A stretch of 64,000 nt of DNA from Candidatus Nanohaloarchaea archaeon (GTDB lineage: Archaea > Nanohalarchaeota > Nanosalinia > Nanosalinales > Nanosalinaceae): assembly GCA_041640035.1 (NCBI GenBank), contig JBEQBC010000002.1, forward strand, positions 96,001 through 160,000, read 5' to 3'. Shown here in pieces: positions 9,644-19,017 of this stretch. The notes under the pieces were generated by a model. That model was not told the origin of the DNA and ran no database searches. It saw only the letters and a program-made list of their open reading frames with translations. The position numbers and the translations under genes are program-made. Position 1 is the stretch's first letter. Every line of letters begins with the position of its first letter.

Positions 9644-9682
9644 AACTATAGAATTGCTTTCTCTATTGTAAAAGGTACCGGA

Positions 9683-11158
9683 TTAGACAGGCATCCAGCC
9701 TATTTCCCATATATGTGTAAGTAAATCTTCATCTCCACCCGTACCGCCTTCGTGGTTCCATCTATATCTTCTAGTCACACATTCATATTCTTCGCCTAGG
9801 TAATCTACGACCTGCCCCTCATTTGCGTCCGATAGACTGTCACAAGAGTAGGTGGTTCCACCGGAGCTAAGATCTCCATGGTATTCCAGATCAGGGTCAG
9901 GATAGAAATGCCGATTCTGGAGGCAGTTTGTTGCATTTACTTTTACTCTGATGAAGGTGAATGTGCGGCTTTCGAAACCACGGTACTCTCCAACAATCTT
10001 ATTGTTTTTACCCCATACGGCTTCACCCTCATTCCATATGGTGTTCGCGTTTGTCTTTACATACCCTGATGCGCCTTCACATATGGCATACCAAACATCT
10101 CTTCTTGGAAAGTCTCCCCATCCGTCCCCACCATTATCGCCATAGTCACTTCCATCAACTTCTTCATCTATATTTTCTTTTGTCAAGATAGGTGCCTCTA
10201 TGATGGCATCGCTTTCAGCGCTTTGATGCTCATTAAATGGAGGACTATTACCATTAACTCCGTAATTAAGATCTTGAGGGGACCCAGCTCCATCATCTGG
10301 GTAGGGAAGATAATCCATCCATTCGTTGGCCTCATAGAATTCAGGGCCTACATACTCCTCGTTATCAGCAGGACAGTTACCAACATAATTCAGGAATTGT
10401 GCTGCCCATACTCGACTACCTGAGTCTCTTCCGGGAAAGAATGTCTGAGCTGCTTCGAAAGTAATCTGTCCGTAACGACCTTCCATGTCATTTCCACGGT
10501 TCGATAGCCATCCCGGCTCTAATTTACAGGTCGCCATGTTCCATAGATCTTCCAAACCTCCCATCAGAGTTCCGAAAGTGAATTGGAAGGCAATACCTAT
10601 CAAGTCGCCTTCTCTCAGTGCTTGAGATCTTTTATCTACAATATGATGACTTATCTCGTTACCTGTTCCCACGCATGTAGGTACGAAGTTGGATCTTTCC
10701 AAATAATTGAAGGGGCGATACCATCCTTCTCTGTCACCACTGGAGCGGTGTTGACGGCCAGGTATAGAATATTTGATCTTTTTTTCACTGTTTTGAGCTA
10801 TCTTACTTGGCCATTCCCATCCTGATACATATTCAGAAACTCTTTGTCCCCCTATATCATCCTGACCGCTTTCTACCTCACCATGAATCCAGTATAGAAG
10901 CTGGCAGTTAACAGCTGATATCTGACTATATATCACTAAATCCCTAAATTGTTCCTTCGCTCTTCGCTGACGCAAAGTCTCTCCCTCAGGAGATTGACCT
11001 ATCACAATATGCCGAGCTTCCTGATTTATGTCCTGTCTCGCATTTTCCTGCCAGAAGTTGAGTTCATTCTCCTTCATTTGCTGGAGACCGGCTAATATGA
11101 CTCCTCCAAACATCAGCGGAATCATTACTATAACAACAATCTTCTTTACAGATAACAT
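9683..11158 (-). CDS. Large pilus-associated protein, candidate adhesin (paralog B)
   Basis: Same conserved Cys-anchored blocks as 8141-9643. Confidence 0.7.
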   Translation of the reverse strand: MLSVKKIVVIVMIPLMFGGVILAGLQQMKENELNFWQENARQDINQEARHIVIGQSPEGETLRQRRAKEQFRDLVIYSQISAVNCQLLYWIHGEVESGQDDIGGQRVSEYVSGWEWPSKIAQNSEKKIKYSIPGRQHRSSGDREGWYRPFNYLERSNFVPTCVGTGNEISHHIVDKRSQALREGDLIGIAFQFTFGTLMGGLEDLWNMATCKLEPGWLSNRGNDMEGRYGQITFEAAQTFFPGRDSGSRVWAAQFLNYVGNCPADNEEYVGPEFYEANEWMDYLPYPDDGAGSPQDLNYGVNGNSPPFNEHQSAESDAIIEAPILTKENIDEEVDGSDYGDNGGDGWGDFPRRDVWYAICEGASGYVKTNANTIWNEGEAVWGKNNKIVGEYRGFESRTFTFIRVKVNATNCLQNRHFYPDPDLEYHGDLSSGGTTYSCDSLSDANEGQVVDYLGEEYECVTRRYRWNHEGGTGGDEDLLTHIWEIGWMPV

Positions 11159-11159
11159 G

Positions 11160-11375
11160 TTAACAAAGCTCTAAGCGGCCTCCAGTCATGTCTGCAATTA
11201 CTGATGCTAGGTTGGTACATCCTGAGGCGGCTTCTCCTGATTTTTGGATTGCTGAGACAGTCATTGTTCCCAGAATAAGGAGCAAGAGTAAAGCAATTAT
11301 TAGCCCTATTATAAATGGTACAGCCTGTACCCCTTTCCTGTGTGCTTTTACTTTCAGGGAAGGGTTGATTGCCAT
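11160..11375 (-). CDS. Small pilin with class III signal peptide
   Basis: HRKG|VQAVPFIIGLIIALLLLL; Cys pair at the C-terminus. Confidence 0.8.
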   Translation of the reverse strand: MAINPSLKVKAHRKGVQAVPFIIGLIIALLLLLILGTMTVSAIQKSGEAASGCTNLASVIADMTGGRLELC

Positions 11376-11461
11376 GTTGACATAAACGCGGCGATCAGTA
11401 TTAAAGCTAATGCCAGCCCTATCATCGCATTTATCCCAAGTTCTGCTTTTCTAGACTGCAC
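11354..11461 (-). CDS. 35-aa micro-pilin with class III signal peptide (not in ORF track)
   Basis: GTG start preceded by GGTGA; MQSRKA|ELGINAMIGLALALILIAAFMSTWQSTLP*; spans the gap between platform gene and next pilin. Confidence 0.68.
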   Translation of the reverse strand: MQSRKAELGINAMIGLALALILIAAFMSTWQSTLP

Positions 11462-13634
11462 CCATCTCACCCACCATTCCACCGAACATCAGAGACACTA
11501 TAAGTAAAGTCATGGTATAGAACATGAGTCCGGCAATCATAACTTTTCCGATAAACATATTTCTGTAAGTCTCGTTCTCTCCCTTCGTAATCTTCATGTA
11601 GAAGGTTCCAAGCAGGTATAGAAGTTGAATTAAATACAACCCTACAACGAGCTGCAGAAGTTCTGGCGGGATAGCCTCATCCAGATTTCCTAGGATCCCT
11701 CCGAAGCTGGATACACCTCCGCCTCCAGGAGCTCCGGCAGGGCCGCCACCTGAACCTATACCCGCGTTAGCTTCTTGGAAGGATGATGATAATCCAAACA
11801 TAGAGGTTATGATTGTCTGGCTCATTCCTACCGCTACTCCTGATACAACTGGTGCAAGCATGTATGCAAGCATCTGGATAGTGGTTGTAGTATCTTCCAT
11901 CAAATCGTTAAGCTTTTCCTGCGTCTCATGGATGTTCTCCAGATATCTCGAAATCGTAAGCATCGCCTGAGAGGCCATCTTATTTCCTTTCTCTGATGAA
12001 CGGATTATAGCCCGCATTACTGTCGATATTAGCTGGCTTGGGAACTCATGTACTGCTCCGTACTGATCATCAAACAGAGATTCCTCAAATGTCATACCCA
12101 TTCTGTGAATATTTGCTGATGCCGAGTTGAACAACTGAGAGATCTCCATATCTGATGTTGCCTCCGCTGCATCCTCCAATGCGACTTCTATAGGTGTTCC
12201 ACCCGATATCTTGTTTCCAAGCTGGAACAGTGCTGTTGGGAACTGTTTCTCGATGCTATGGATTTCCTCTTCAGCTGCCTTACGCTCCATGTTCCCAAGT
12301 ACTTTAGAAACCCCTATCCCAAGCCCCAAACCTAGTGTTATTGAAACACTCCTGAGCAACATCGGTAGCGGCGCCAGAGAACCATCCGATACAAAAATAC
12401 CTGGAACAGCTGCAGGATCAATATCCGAGACAGGATAGAAAGCCGGGAATGCCAGATATCCTAGGAACCCATAGGCTGATATAACCATGAATATTGCTGC
12501 ACCTATCATCCAAGTGGGTATCTCCAGTTCAGAGTCGATAAGTTCTATCCTGTAGATCCCACGCTCAGGAAGCCGTTCCTCATCAGTTGAAGAGCTTGAT
12601 GATACCGTTGGAGGTCGGGAGCTAAGCACTCTCTGCATGAATACATACAGGGAGGCAGGAAGCATGATGTTAAATAGTATAATTAGATGCATAGGCGTTA
12701 TAGCGTCCCCCATAAAGACCGAGATAAGTGGGAGCATAATCATCGCAAGTACAGGCAGCATAGCTCCTAATGCGTTCAGTATCATGACCGGCGTTTTCAA
12801 CCCCTGAGCGTAGTGCTTCATCTCTTCCCGGGTTCCATCCAGAATGGTATCAATAGCGTCCTGAAGCATATCATTCCTTCTTTCCGCGTTTGGTTCATTC
12901 ATTGAGCCTTTGATCAGGTTCAGAGACTGCAGGAAGTCGTCATTGTAGTCTTTCCATTTCTTGGTGTAGTTCTCGAGAGATGTCTCTACATTTGAGTATT
13001 CTCCAACCTCTACATTCCATAGCACCTCTTTCAGATCGTCTGAGATAGGTCCATCTAAGTTCAGTGCCGCAAAACGTAGAGCTCCTTCCAAATTTGGACT
13101 CGAACGCATGTATACAACCATGTAGAGTATTGCAAGGATCATCTCTCCGCTGCTCCGGATCACCTTGTTTTTGGCCTCGAATTTAGGCTTGTAGAAGATG
13201 AATACTGCTACGCCAAACGGAATAATAGCCGATATCGCCATCAATGAAACAGGTATAATAGCTCCAAGTAGCATGTTTACCGCAAATACGAACATCCAGG
13301 TAAGAAAACCTATTATTGCAGCTCCTACAGTTCCTGAGAGAACCTGACCTGGCGTAATCTGCCATCCAAGAAGATTGATAGCTGGATTCAGTTTATTAAT
13401 TGTGCTTTCGTCTGCTTCAAGATTGAGGTAGCCTGCCATTCTGTGGCAGAACTTTTCATATTTAGATATCTGTCGGGCGTCTTTCTCTTCTTCCTTAAAT
13501 TCCTTGTATCTTTTTGAGTACAGGCTGTGACGGTTGTTGTCGTATGGAGGGAGTTGGAGATCTTTGTCTATATCGTTGATGATGTTCTCTATATCTTCTT
13601 TTTCTTCTTCTCCTATTCCCTCTTCATCTCTCAA
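11451..13634 (-). CDS. Type IV pilus membrane platform protein (TadC/PilC/FlaJ-like, two T2SSF domains)
   Basis: Polytopic; SSPNLEGALRFAA and ISGGTPIEVALEDAA T2SSF-like segments; directly downstream of the ATPase. Confidence 0.88.
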   Translation of the reverse strand: MRDEEGIGEEEKEDIENIINDIDKDLQLPPYDNNRHSLYSKRYKEFKEEEKDARQISKYEKFCHRMAGYLNLEADESTINKLNPAINLLGWQITPGQVLSGTVGAAIIGFLTWMFVFAVNMLLGAIIPVSLMAISAIIPFGVAVFIFYKPKFEAKNKVIRSSGEMILAILYMVVYMRSSPNLEGALRFAALNLDGPISDDLKEVLWNVEVGEYSNVETSLENYTKKWKDYNDDFLQSLNLIKGSMNEPNAERRNDMLQDAIDTILDGTREEMKHYAQGLKTPVMILNALGAMLPVLAMIMLPLISVFMGDAITPMHLIILFNIMLPASLYVFMQRVLSSRPPTVSSSSSTDEERLPERGIYRIELIDSELEIPTWMIGAAIFMVISAYGFLGYLAFPAFYPVSDIDPAAVPGIFVSDGSLAPLPMLLRSVSITLGLGLGIGVSKVLGNMERKAAEEEIHSIEKQFPTALFQLGNKISGGTPIEVALEDAAEATSDMEISQLFNSASANIHRMGMTFEESLFDDQYGAVHEFPSQLISTVMRAIIRSSEKGNKMASQAMLTISRYLENIHETQEKLNDLMEDTTTTIQMLAYMLAPVVSGVAVGMSQTIITSMFGLSSSFQEANAGIGSGGGPAGAPGGGGVSSFGGILGNLDEAIPPELLQLVVGLYLIQLLYLLGTFYMKITKGENETYRNMFIGKVMIAGLMFYTMTLLIVSLMFGGMVGEMGAV

Positions 13635-13640
13635 TCCGTA

Positions 13641-15905
13641 TTACACCTGTCTTTCCAGCCATTCTTCCCATCGAGCCATTATTCTCTCGGTTTCTTGCCC
13701 GCCATATTCTTTCCTTACGTCTTCAGCTATAGTATGGTACTTCTGATTTGCTTTTACAACGAACTCTGCTTCCAGAAGCTCATCGTTACCTGTTTCATCT
13801 GCTTTATCAGCGATTTTCTGCTTCATGTCTTTTCTCAGTTGGATATTGTCCCATACTGCTTCCCAGTTGTTCTTCCATTCACGGATATTGGAGGCGATAC
13901 GGTTCAGGATAAGTGATTCGCCGTTCAGAAGTGTATCCGTTGGAACGAGTTCGTCCTTGTTGCTGTCATAACGCATAAGTTCAACGAAGGCATTCTCTTC
14001 TTGTGGGTCGTCTGTCCAGGATTTTCTGACCTCTGTGATACCTGTTACTCTTCTATATGTTTCCAGGCCGTCAGGGCTTCTAATCTTGTTGACTGATACG
14101 ATGATATCTGTAGCTTTGAAAGAAGTTTTCGGTACATTTAGGTCGTTGACCACTCGGTCGAATACGGAATATGCGTCTTCTCCGTGGATTGTTCCTCCAA
14201 CGAAGTTCGCGACTGCTCCTACACGCATAGCCTCGTAAAGTGCCTGAGCTTCATCCGATCTTACTTCTCCGATGACAAGTGCTGAGTCTCCTAACCGGAG
14301 TGATGTTCTGATTGCTTCATCTGCTCCTAACTCACTTTCGTTCTGAGTAATTACGGACTGTGATTTCATCCTTTCGATGTTGTATCCGAGGTCTTTCATC
14401 TGCGGAATCGGTAGCTCTAGAGTGTCCTCTACTGTGACTATACGGTGGTTTTTCATGATTTCGAGCATGGATGCTGATAGTATGGATGTTTTTCCTGCTC
14501 CTCTTGTCCCTGCGAATAGTACGGACCGGTTTCCGTCGACGATGAATGATAGTAGTGCGGCTCCGAGTGCATTGATCATGCCGTTGTTGACGAATAATGG
14601 TAGTGTCCATGCTCTTGATCGGTGTCGTCGGAAAGCGAACGCTAATCCTTCGGGTGATAGGCTTTCCTGGATGACTGCTACTCGTGCTCGTCCTCCTTCG
14701 ACCTCTGTCTCAGTGTCCAGTACCGGGTTGGCTTCGTCGAGTGGTCGGCCTGACTGTATTCTGAACCGGGTTGCCCATGACTCTGCCTCGTCTCTTGTCG
14801 GTATCAGGTTGGTTTTGCATTCCTCGTAGTCCTGATGGCTGATGTACATCGGTGAGTCTCCGATCGGGGAGTTGATGTAGACATCCTGCACTTTCGGGTC
14901 AGAAAGCAGAAGTTCGAGTACTCCGAGTCCGGAGGTGTACCTGTTTAGTATGCTTGTTAGTTCTTCGAGTTCTTCCATCTCTAGGTTCATGTCCATTTGT
15001 GCGGCGATATCTCTGAGCATGTCTTTTCCGATGTTCTCGAATACATCACGCATTCTTTCCGGCTGAGCGAACTCTCCGGACTCCGGTTTATGTGACGCCA
15101 TATATCTCCTGGCTGCGTCAAGCAGCTTGTACTTCTCTTCAGAAAGGTTGAACTCCGGCGGATCGATGTGGTATACTGGCCGGGTTTTTCCTGGTACGCG
15201 GTAGATGGTTACTTCTACATCGTTCCGAGCTTCGTACCGGTCGATCTCCTCTCCTTTTTCGGGAGGGAGGCTCATGAACTTCGTAAGCATGAAGTTAGGC
15301 CGAACCAGAGGGTGGAAGAACTCTCTGTATACATCCCTGTCCCCTACATGGAATCCTGTAATGTACTCTTGTGCCTGATCGATTATCTGGCAATCTTCTA
15401 TTCTTTCTCTTATAGGCTTGAGAACATCCTGTACGAAGTATTTGTTGCATCTCTTCTGCTGTGGGTAACCTTCCTTCATTTTCTGTTTCATGTGGCGCTC
15501 TTTTCTCTTTATCTTGACATATGCGCCGACAGGATCTCTTCTAAGCCTGTCTAGCACTATTTTCTGTACTTCAGGTAGTTCTTCTGAGTAGAGTTCCTGG
15601 CATTTCTTTCTGTCGATGTCCTGTGACAGGTAGCCCTGATTGGCTATGTCTTCTATGGCTGTTGAGATTTCTTTCAATAGTTCTATCTGTTCTTCGGTGT
15701 ATTCGTAGTCTCTGGATTCTGATAGTACTACGGAGCTGGCTCCTGGTACTTCTTCTAATATGTCTACTACTCTTCCCATTACTTCGGGGTAGTCCTCTAT
15801 TGAGGCTCCGTAGACTGATCCCAAGGTGTTCACTTCTATTGTGCCGGATTCTTCGTCGTATTCGTAGTCGAAGATGTCTTTGTCTGAAGGGGGCATACCA
15901 AGCAT
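13641..15905 (-). CDS. Type IV pilus/type II secretion assembly ATPase (PilB/FlaI/VirB11 family) with long N-terminal extension
   Basis: Walker A GTRGAGKT, Asp box EDTLEL, Walker B VIGEVRS, His box GTIHG. Confidence 0.95.
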   Translation of the reverse strand: MLGMPPSDKDIFDYEYDEESGTIEVNTLGSVYGASIEDYPEVMGRVVDILEEVPGASSVVLSESRDYEYTEEQIELLKEISTAIEDIANQGYLSQDIDRKKCQELYSEELPEVQKIVLDRLRRDPVGAYVKIKRKERHMKQKMKEGYPQQKRCNKYFVQDVLKPIRERIEDCQIIDQAQEYITGFHVGDRDVYREFFHPLVRPNFMLTKFMSLPPEKGEEIDRYEARNDVEVTIYRVPGKTRPVYHIDPPEFNLSEEKYKLLDAARRYMASHKPESGEFAQPERMRDVFENIGKDMLRDIAAQMDMNLEMEELEELTSILNRYTSGLGVLELLLSDPKVQDVYINSPIGDSPMYISHQDYEECKTNLIPTRDEAESWATRFRIQSGRPLDEANPVLDTETEVEGGRARVAVIQESLSPEGLAFAFRRHRSRAWTLPLFVNNGMINALGAALLSFIVDGNRSVLFAGTRGAGKTSILSASMLEIMKNHRIVTVEDTLELPIPQMKDLGYNIERMKSQSVITQNESELGADEAIRTSLRLGDSALVIGEVRSDEAQALYEAMRVGAVANFVGGTIHGEDAYSVFDRVVNDLNVPKTSFKATDIIVSVNKIRSPDGLETYRRVTGITEVRKSWTDDPQEENAFVELMRYDSNKDELVPTDTLLNGESLILNRIASNIREWKNNWEAVWDNIQLRKDMKQKIADKADETGNDELLEAEFVVKANQKYHTIAEDVRKEYGGQETERIMARWEEWLERQV

Positions 15906-15938
15906 TATTATTCGGGGTTTCCTAAATTAAAAGATACG

Positions 15939-16349
15939 ATGCCAGATCAAGACCTGATCAACCAGATTATTAACCGGGTGAACGATTTCAACCGGCGGAT
16001 GAGAGACCTGGAGGAGAAAATCCGGAACCTGACTGCCCGAGTTAATACTCTTGACGATACGATTATGAACAAGACCAAGACCCTGAATAATGACTTACAG
16101 GAACTGGATGACGAGATAGGAGAGCTCAGCGATCGTATCGCAAACCTAGAGGTCGATGTAAAGGAAATCAACCGTGAAAAGCGTAAGTATGTGAGCCAGC
16201 AGGAACTTGAGGAGATGGAGAACTACATGGATCTCATGAACCCTGTGAATTCTAATTTCACGACTGAGAAGCAGGTTGATCAGAAGATCGAGAACAATTC
16301 ACTAAGCCAAGAGGAAGTTGAGAAACTGATTGAGCAGAAGATGAATTAA
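15939..16349 (+). CDS. Coiled-coil protein divergent from the pilus ATPase
   Basis: Heptad pattern RRMRDLEEKIRNL...; 33 bp from the ATPase start. Confidence 0.8.
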   Translation: MPDQDLINQIINRVNDFNRRMRDLEEKIRNLTARVNTLDDTIMNKTKTLNNDLQELDDEIGELSDRIANLEVDVKEINREKRKYVSQQELEEMENYMDLMNPVNSNFTTEKQVDQKIENNSLSQEEVEKLIEQKMN

Positions 16350-16408
16350 AGTGTGTATGATTTAATAACGGGCGGAACCAAAATGTTTTCTAGAGGTAAT
16401 CCTGATAA

Positions 16409-17332
16409 ATGAAATTTGAACTTTTTGGACGCCTCGGCGACGACAACGAGACCGGAGATCAGCAAGCAGAAGACTCAGGAGGATTTAATGCCGGATACGA
16501 TGACGAAGGAGGCGACTTCCAGACAGGCGGAGACCTAGATAGAACGGTTCAGAACCTGTTCGACCAGGGTTACTCGGAAGACGAGATCAAGAATGAACTG
16601 CAGGGACAATACTCTGCGACAGAAGTTTCTCAGGCAATTAATCGCGTTGTAACTTCTAACGCCACAGGAAACGCCAATAATAGTGGTGGCAGCGGAAATA
16701 GTGATGGACCTGAGCCTATGACTCCTTATCAGGGAGATGAAGATGCGGTCAGTCCTATGGACGAAGGTTATGACGGAGATGACCAAAATGGTGGTGGAGG
16801 CGGAAACAGTATGGAAAACAATATGAACCAGAACAACAATCAGAATACTATGATGCAAGGGCAGCAAAACCAGCAGTCTCAACAGCAGCAACAGCAACCT
16901 CTGCAGTCAGGAGGTCAGAGCCAGAAAGGAAGCGCTAACTCTGGTAATGTAGATCCTGCTGTAGAAGAACTTATTGAAACTATAATCGCAGAGAACTTCG
17001 AGAAGGTTGAAGCAGAGTTCCATAATGTTTACGACGAACTTGATACCTTCGCAGATGAAATCGAAGACCTGAAGCAAAGAGTGCACGATCTTGAGGTCAG
17101 AGATGACGAGGATCAACAGCAGTTCGTTCAGAAGATCGACGAGGTTGAAGAACATATCGATGAGTACGAGTCCCGTATCGGAGGACTTGAGAAAGCCTTC
17201 CAGCAGGTACTTCCATCACTCGTTGACAATGTAAGAGAGCTTACAGACCTTGTCCAAGATCTGAAGGATGAAGGAGATGTGAGCGAAGGAGACTTCGAGG
17301 ACATGGACATGGAAAGTCTCAAGAACGAATAA
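16409..17332 (+). CDS. Protein with small helical domain, Q/N/G-rich disordered linker and C-terminal coiled coil
   Basis: QGYSEDEIKNELQGQY helical unit; NNMNQNNNQN...QQQQQQ; VEELIETII...LEKAFQQVLPSLVDNV coiled coil. Confidence 0.8.
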   Translation: MKFELFGRLGDDNETGDQQAEDSGGFNAGYDDEGGDFQTGGDLDRTVQNLFDQGYSEDEIKNELQGQYSATEVSQAINRVVTSNATGNANNSGGSGNSDGPEPMTPYQGDEDAVSPMDEGYDGDDQNGGGGGNSMENNMNQNNNQNTMMQGQQNQQSQQQQQQPLQSGGQSQKGSANSGNVDPAVEELIETIIAENFEKVEAEFHNVYDELDTFADEIEDLKQRVHDLEVRDDEDQQQFVQKIDEVEEHIDEYESRIGGLEKAFQQVLPSLVDNVRELTDLVQDLKDEGDVSEGDFEDMDMESLKNE

Positions 17333-17426
17333 GAATTCCTTCTCGTTTTCTATTTCCCAAATTTTTCTCTTTCTAAACAATTCTTTCTAAATAAAATCTA
17401 GTTGAGAGAAGAAACTAGAGTTTTTC

Positions 17427-17939
17427 CTATTCTGACTGTCCTGCTGTCAGAGCCACGAGAGCTACTATCATCAGCAGTATAAGTATTGGCATGACTACTT
17501 CCTCGAATATCTTGCTCCAGTTCTCTATGTCCGGAATGATGTTGGGTATTCCGAAGAAGTTAGATATTATAGCAAGTAGTGCTACTACAAATATTCCTGC
17601 ACCAAGAATGAGAGGTAGGGATCTATCATTATCCTGAAGGTTCTCCAAGTCATATCCTGCTACTCCGAGCACGATCATCAGGCCGATTACCGCGAAGATG
17701 CCGAAAGTAGCTGCTGCAACTACATTAGTCAGAAGTCCTGCCGGAATAAACATGTAAGCTCCTCCACCAGCCATGAAAGCTATAGCTAGAGATATCGAGC
17801 CATTGACAAACTCATCTTCACTTATGAAATGGTATTTCTCTAGCACACCGTAACTTACTGCTAGTACGAGTAACCATGGGAAGAAGAATCTGAATATCTG
17901 CATTTCTGCCATGGTCTGGATTATCTGCTCGAAAACCAT
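17427..17939 (-). CDS. Polytopic membrane protein, unknown function (paralog family)
   Basis: FFFPWLLVLAVSYGVLEK...ISLAIAF; about 5 hydrophobic segments. Confidence 0.85.
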   Translation of the reverse strand: MVFEQIIQTMAEMQIFRFFFPWLLVLAVSYGVLEKYHFISEDEFVNGSISLAIAFMAGGGAYMFIPAGLLTNVVAAATFGIFAVIGLMIVLGVAGYDLENLQDNDRSLPLILGAGIFVVALLAIISNFFGIPNIIPDIENWSKIFEEVVMPILILLMIVALVALTAGQSE

Positions 17940-17946
17940 GACTGGT

Positions 17947-18558
17947 TTATCCTCCTCCGGAGCCGCCGGCTAGTTCATCGAACAGTTTTCCAGGCGAGAA
18001 ACTACTACCGGCGTCAGGATCTGACAGTGTCCAGTAGATCAGCCCTGCTACTACCAGTACCCATATTAGTCCTGAATCAACTGTGAAGTTGATGAACTGT
18101 TCCAAGCCCTCACTGTTGATGTTATCCGGTATGAATATTCTTCCTCCTCCTGTTACGAAGAAGGCCAGTACTACGATACCAGTTAGTATCAATCCGTAGA
18201 TACCTCTGGACTCACTGTCTCCAGTGCCGATATCTAGGCCGATGAATGCTAGTACGACCAGTAACCCGAGCAATCCTATTACGGATACTGCTATTGCTCC
18301 AAGGTACTCTACGAAGAAAGTCTGGTAGGCTGGGTTCCTTACGAGGAACTGTGCTACGAAGAATGCGAATACTACTGAAAGCGTCGCTGCGAACTTGTTG
18401 TCTCCGTCCTCTTCCTCGAATAGAGGTATTCGTTTGAGTGTGAGGAAGAAGAGTACATATGCCACTACGAAGGGCAGGAGACCTGAGAAGAATCCGTTCT
18501 CCGCCATTATTTCTAGGAGGTTGTTGAACCCTCCTGCACCTGCGTCGTGGCTAGTCAC
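17947..18558 (-). CDS. Polytopic membrane protein, unknown function (paralog family)
   Basis: LLPFVVAYVLFFLTLKR...LSVVFAF; GTG start after AGGTGA. Confidence 0.85.
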   Translation of the reverse strand: MTSHDAGAGGFNNLLEIMAENGFFSGLLPFVVAYVLFFLTLKRIPLFEEEDGDNKFAATLSVVFAFFVAQFLVRNPAYQTFFVEYLGAIAVSVIGLLGLLVVLAFIGLDIGTGDSESRGIYGLILTGIVVLAFFVTGGGRIFIPDNINSEGLEQFINFTVDSGLIWVLVVAGLIYWTLSDPDAGSSFSPGKLFDELAGGSGGG

Positions 18559-18564
18559 TTTCTA

Positions 18565-18822
18565 TTATTCACCTTGTTGATCTAGGTAGTGGCTTACTTT
18601 TCGGTTTAGTAGCCATAGTTCTCTACCTATGATCATTAGTCCAAGCATGACGATCCATGGCTGGATGTCTCTTCCGAATGATACCATGGTTGCTTCCTGT
18701 GATGAGTAGAATGCTGTCCATAGAGCTACCGCGATCGCTCCGAATGATAGGATTACGATTACGAGTTCGTCTAGGATGTTTTCTACATTGTATAGGTAGT
18801 TTCGGAATCTTTTGGAGTCCAT
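18565..18822 (-). CDS. Small two-TM membrane protein
   Basis: Two hydrophobic segments; tightly packed in the operon. Confidence 0.8.
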   Translation of the reverse strand: MDSKRFRNYLYNVENILDELVIVILSFGAIAVALWTAFYSSQEATMVSFGRDIQPWIVMLGLMIIGRELWLLNRKVSHYLDQQGE

Positions 18823-18825
18823 AGT

Positions 18826-18966
18826 TTAGAAACCTCCTCCGCCCATGCCGCCCATTCCTGAGCGCATTCCTAAGAGTTTTGCGATTACAAATCCTGCTAC
18901 TAGGCCCACTACGGCGGCTTCTGGTTCAGCCATCAGGCCGTTCATTATTTGGTCAGGTAATGCCAT
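18826..18966 (-). CDS. 46-aa single-TM microprotein with Gly/Met tail (not in ORF track)
   Basis: MALPDQIMNGLMAEPEAAVVGLVAGFVIAKLLGMRSGMGGMGGGGF*; stop 3 bp from next ATG; similar to 23764-24033. Confidence 0.8.
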   Translation of the reverse strand: MALPDQIMNGLMAEPEAAVVGLVAGFVIAKLLGMRSGMGGMGGGGF

Positions 18967-19017
18967 TGTTGTTTTAAGCCTCTGATAAAGTTCATTATGA
19001 ACTACTTGTTTAAATAA

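Noticed and set aside
1898-15905. Archaellum operon
   Set aside because: No archaellin, FlaH, FlaF or FlaG recognisable; the content fits a type IV pilus
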